Below are positions 33,001 to 34,682 of a stretch of 34,682 nucleotides of DNA, piece after piece. Under the pieces are notes generated by a model that was given only the letters and a program-made list of their open reading frames with translations, was not told the origin of the DNA and did not search any database. Position 1 is the first letter of the stretch. The number at the start of each line of letters is the position of its first letter. Origin of the DNA: a virus. Its lineage: Duplodnaviria > Caudoviricetes. Where the stretch lies: positions 1 to 34,682 of IMG/VR virus record IMGVR_UViG_3300020463_000061; one strand, written 5' to 3'. A program made the position numbers and the translations under genes.

Positions 33001-34682
33001 TCTCTGCAAGAGTGTCTCTTTTGATAATAGCACGTTGCTCATCCACTATCTTCATTACTTTTTCTTGAGCGGCTCTAAACTGTTCAGGTTTTTTTAGATT
33101 AGTTACAGATGCAATAAGCCTATTAATCTTTGCTTGACTATATTTTTTTGATGGAGGTAAACTTGCTCTAATAAAATTCTTTAACTGTATCTTTAGGTTA
33201 TTAAGATTAGTTGCCCCTACGTTTTGTTGTTTTAGGTTTGCTCGTATATTACTAATCTCTTGTTGAACTTCAGGATTACCTCTATATCCAAGGCTTCTGT
33301 CAAAACCTATCTGTAGTTCTTGTTGAACTTGTTCGTTTTGTTCTTGGAAGATAGGGTTGGCTTTTAATAACTCTTGAGCTTTTTGTCTTATCTCTGAAAA
33401 GGTTTTTATTCTTTTACCTGCTTTCATTGAAAAGTCTTGCAGCTTTTGATTCACTTCATTAAAAAGTTTTGCTGCCTTTAATATACCACCCTCTACACGA
33501 CTAAACTCTGTTGGCATACTTGTGGTGCCATCAACATCATAAGTCATCGCCTCGTTGATTATATCAGCGCTAAAACCTCTGCCTTTTAATACTTCACGTA
33601 TAGATGCGTCAGAAAATGCGTTCTCTCTACCGATACGAACTATATCAGAAACAGTTTCATCTGCTCTAAACATAGTCTCTGATAAGTTTTCAGTCAGTGT
33701 ATTTAGTTGTTTGTCATCAATTTTAACAGGCTTACCTGAAAGAATATCAGCAACGGCGGTACCTAAGAACTCGTCTAATGTAAGGTTTTGTATTTCTTGT
33801 GGTGATAGGTCCTCTGATAGCTTGAAGGTGTTCTTTACAAAGGTCCATACAGAATCTAACCAATTTTTTATTTTTCCTTTTAACGATTCGTTTACTACGG
33901 TCTCTCCTTTATTACCAATAAGAGTTGCCATAGTTTCATCCACTGCTTTAGTGACGTCCCCGTCAAACTTTTTCAAGTTTCTTCTATAAAGAGCAGTTTG
34001 TTTTATCAAAGCTGCACCTTTATTATATATCTCTTTGCCTTGCAGTTTTAAATTCTCTATCCATACGTGTCCCATCTCGTGTATGGCAGTATTAAATAAA
34101 TCGCTTTTAGATTTATGAACTTCAGGATTGATAAATATCTTACCATCTTTGGTCATACCATATATTACCTGTCCGTTTTTGACGTAAGGTGTAACGTCAG
34201 GACTAGCCAACATCTTATTAAATGTTTCTTGATTTACAGAAAACTGAACGAATGGGAAACTCTTATTAAGGAATTGTAGAAATTTACCCACATCATCCAT
34301 ACCCACATACTTGTCTATCAAGTCGTTGGTATTCATGTTGGTATCAGTATCTTCTACCTGTGTATATTCTTCTGTGGTTACTCCCTCGTTCTCGGCATCA
34401 CGGTTTATTGCGAGGAGGATTTTTTCACGAAGGCTTGTCCCTTCTTGTTGTTGTTGTAAGGAGCCTTGTCTACCATCTGAAAGAATTTGCTTCCGGCTCT
34501 CTTTTCCAATATATCTTGAGTTAATTGCTTTTTTGTCAGAGACTTCATAACTTATGTTTTTTTCATTTAATAAATCTAATAACTTGTCAAGTTTTTCAAT
34601 CCTTTGTGGGTCACTAAATGCAAAAATGTCCAACAAAGTTAATGAATTATTTGTTTCGCTCAAAGTAAATTCATCAATACCT
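30005..34682 (-). CDS. Very large virion/ejected polyvalent-type protein, C-terminal part (start outside window)
   Basis: Frame open to the window edge (>1550 aa); zincin-like IFINPE...TAIHEMGHVW...DE motif; long helical C-terminal region. Confidence 0.7.
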   Translation of the reverse strand, partial: GIDEFTLSETNNSLTLLDIFAFSDPQRIEKLDKLLDLLNEKNISYEVSDKKAINSRYIGKESRKQILSDGRQGSLQQQQEGTSLREKILLAINRDAENEGVTTEEYTQVEDTDTNMNTNDLIDKYVGMDDVGKFLQFLNKSFPFVQFSVNQETFNKMLASPDVTPYVKNGQVIYGMTKDGKIFINPEVHKSKSDLFNTAIHEMGHVWIENLKLQGKEIYNKGAALIKQTALYRRNLKKFDGDVTKAVDETMATLIGNKGETVVNESLKGKIKNWLDSVWTFVKNTFKLSEDLSPQEIQNLTLDEFLGTAVADILSGKPVKIDDKQLNTLTENLSETMFRADETVSDIVRIGRENAFSDASIREVLKGRGFSADIINEAMTYDVDGTTSMPTEFSRVEGGILKAAKLFNEVNQKLQDFSMKAGKRIKTFSEIRQKAQELLKANPIFQEQNEQVQQELQIGFDRSLGYRGNPEVQQEISNIRANLKQQNVGATNLNNLKIQLKNFIRASLPPSKKYSQAKINRLIASVTNLKKPEQFRAAQEKVMKIVDEQRAIIKRDTLAEIYKIVSAKSAFRLQSKKRRPKGVDALTQVVFDNIKEVLKAVMIKNPEKRSEAIKRISDYLLSNQQTIFEASQKVLNNEELTLKEESLLQLQLAYDQYADLAEGNLEQAQAVLTDIKNIKAEGILKFNTRRLQKAAEAAQRAEEVNNQIKETNPDLFRKDEDGNLTEETKTREEIEQELEDIKQGFLKAGIMKAYNTVVKGIFGRGDKFTKSFKNFITHMGTVTNFLDNKAKGLTVFTDKVYKKLNRASEVVLQNKRTMQRKLNDFAVDSGFKSLLDFEGKLNTRLGINKLSGKPNVKKLTLNVIDKNNQPTGRKKTVTLNANNLLRVYALSKNEIQRKKLENMGITDEVLAEIKNELGPELTSFADKIVNYFSTEYFNEVNAVYKQANGINLGFVENYFPTKTERTKVDGKLLENGDFNGIFSSETAPAFKERTDNFSPIILKAAGFIDTMQNHVDTMETYKAMAIPVQELNQFFNIPSVDLLLDVTGMKALLKTLVNATVNPQSAASAAGVDASGNFMQKVANKFTGFALAFKAIQILKQATSFVNAFSQYNYFKADSAIPKAVRGPFELAMFITDAAGVLFGVLPDLVGRKGVIAKAREMSATFDQRIREGLEGDIYGLEAGSITQKQVGEGVGGRLQKIRKGFKRVAASPTILGDILGVMGYYINYKRNIANGMSEAQALEEFNDYNATQQTRRGTEKILLQLQGDFASRAFTMFGSTLFLQINKVMQSTNNLSKSFLAGFEAEGNTLKKTARGTKQLLEDKQNVRDFYLNFAVANVLFVGVSNIALLTRGDDDDKDAFVRKITDAMLGLNLLYQIPLIGAAAETGINRFRGEGYKPVDDVVNPFTSILSKIGRQYREAQEVDGSVARKVLAAVTPLVELYMGAQVDPFVGLINAIEDGVFGNTSQEEFYENIYDFLGITPSYRPGFGQRGSSVEGIIPQGGIKTKTDLKRYDPELYEMKYGEKDRIRKEQREQRKQMLEDMGYKEINGKLYPID

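Noticed and set aside
31-34550. Numerous 60-147 aa ORFs antisense to long genes
   Set aside because: Shadow frames of real genes with no start context or recognisable motifs
1-34682. tRNA genes, integrase, DNA polymerase or alternative genetic code
   Set aside because: No cloverleaf or relevant motifs seen; genes translate intact with the standard code

Overview
A 34.7-kb, AT-rich segment of a tailed dsDNA phage genome. The host is most likely Bacteroidota (Flavobacteriia-like), judged from TTTG-N19/20-TAnnTTTG promoters, A-rich SD-less starts and a BT4734/VirE-N-type primase. The left part (1-14.5 kb, minus strand) holds late genes: portal N-terminus, large terminase, tail fibre, holin and amidase, head-spike-like proteins, many tiny mostly basic ORFs, and GroES/GroEL. 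A GC-rich non-coding island at about 14.6-14.85 kb marks the strand switch. The plus strand (15-30 kb) holds early and replication genes: amidoligase, GATase-II/GGCT fusion, SSAP, exonuclease, SSB, primase-helicase, SNF2-like helicase, VRR-NUC and HNH. A giant truncated minus-strand protein closes the window. The most notable signals are non-coding: (1) three same-length, covarying type III hammerhead ribozymes between early genes, each abutting an upstream RNA structure; (2) a 16-bp palindrome GTGTCTTYRAAGACAC present 12 times, including inside genes; (3) two origin-like elements 9.2 kb apart with identically phased TAAGCA repeats; (4) apparent near-absence of CCAG/CTGG and GATC. All family assignments are from motif recognition by eye; no searches were run.
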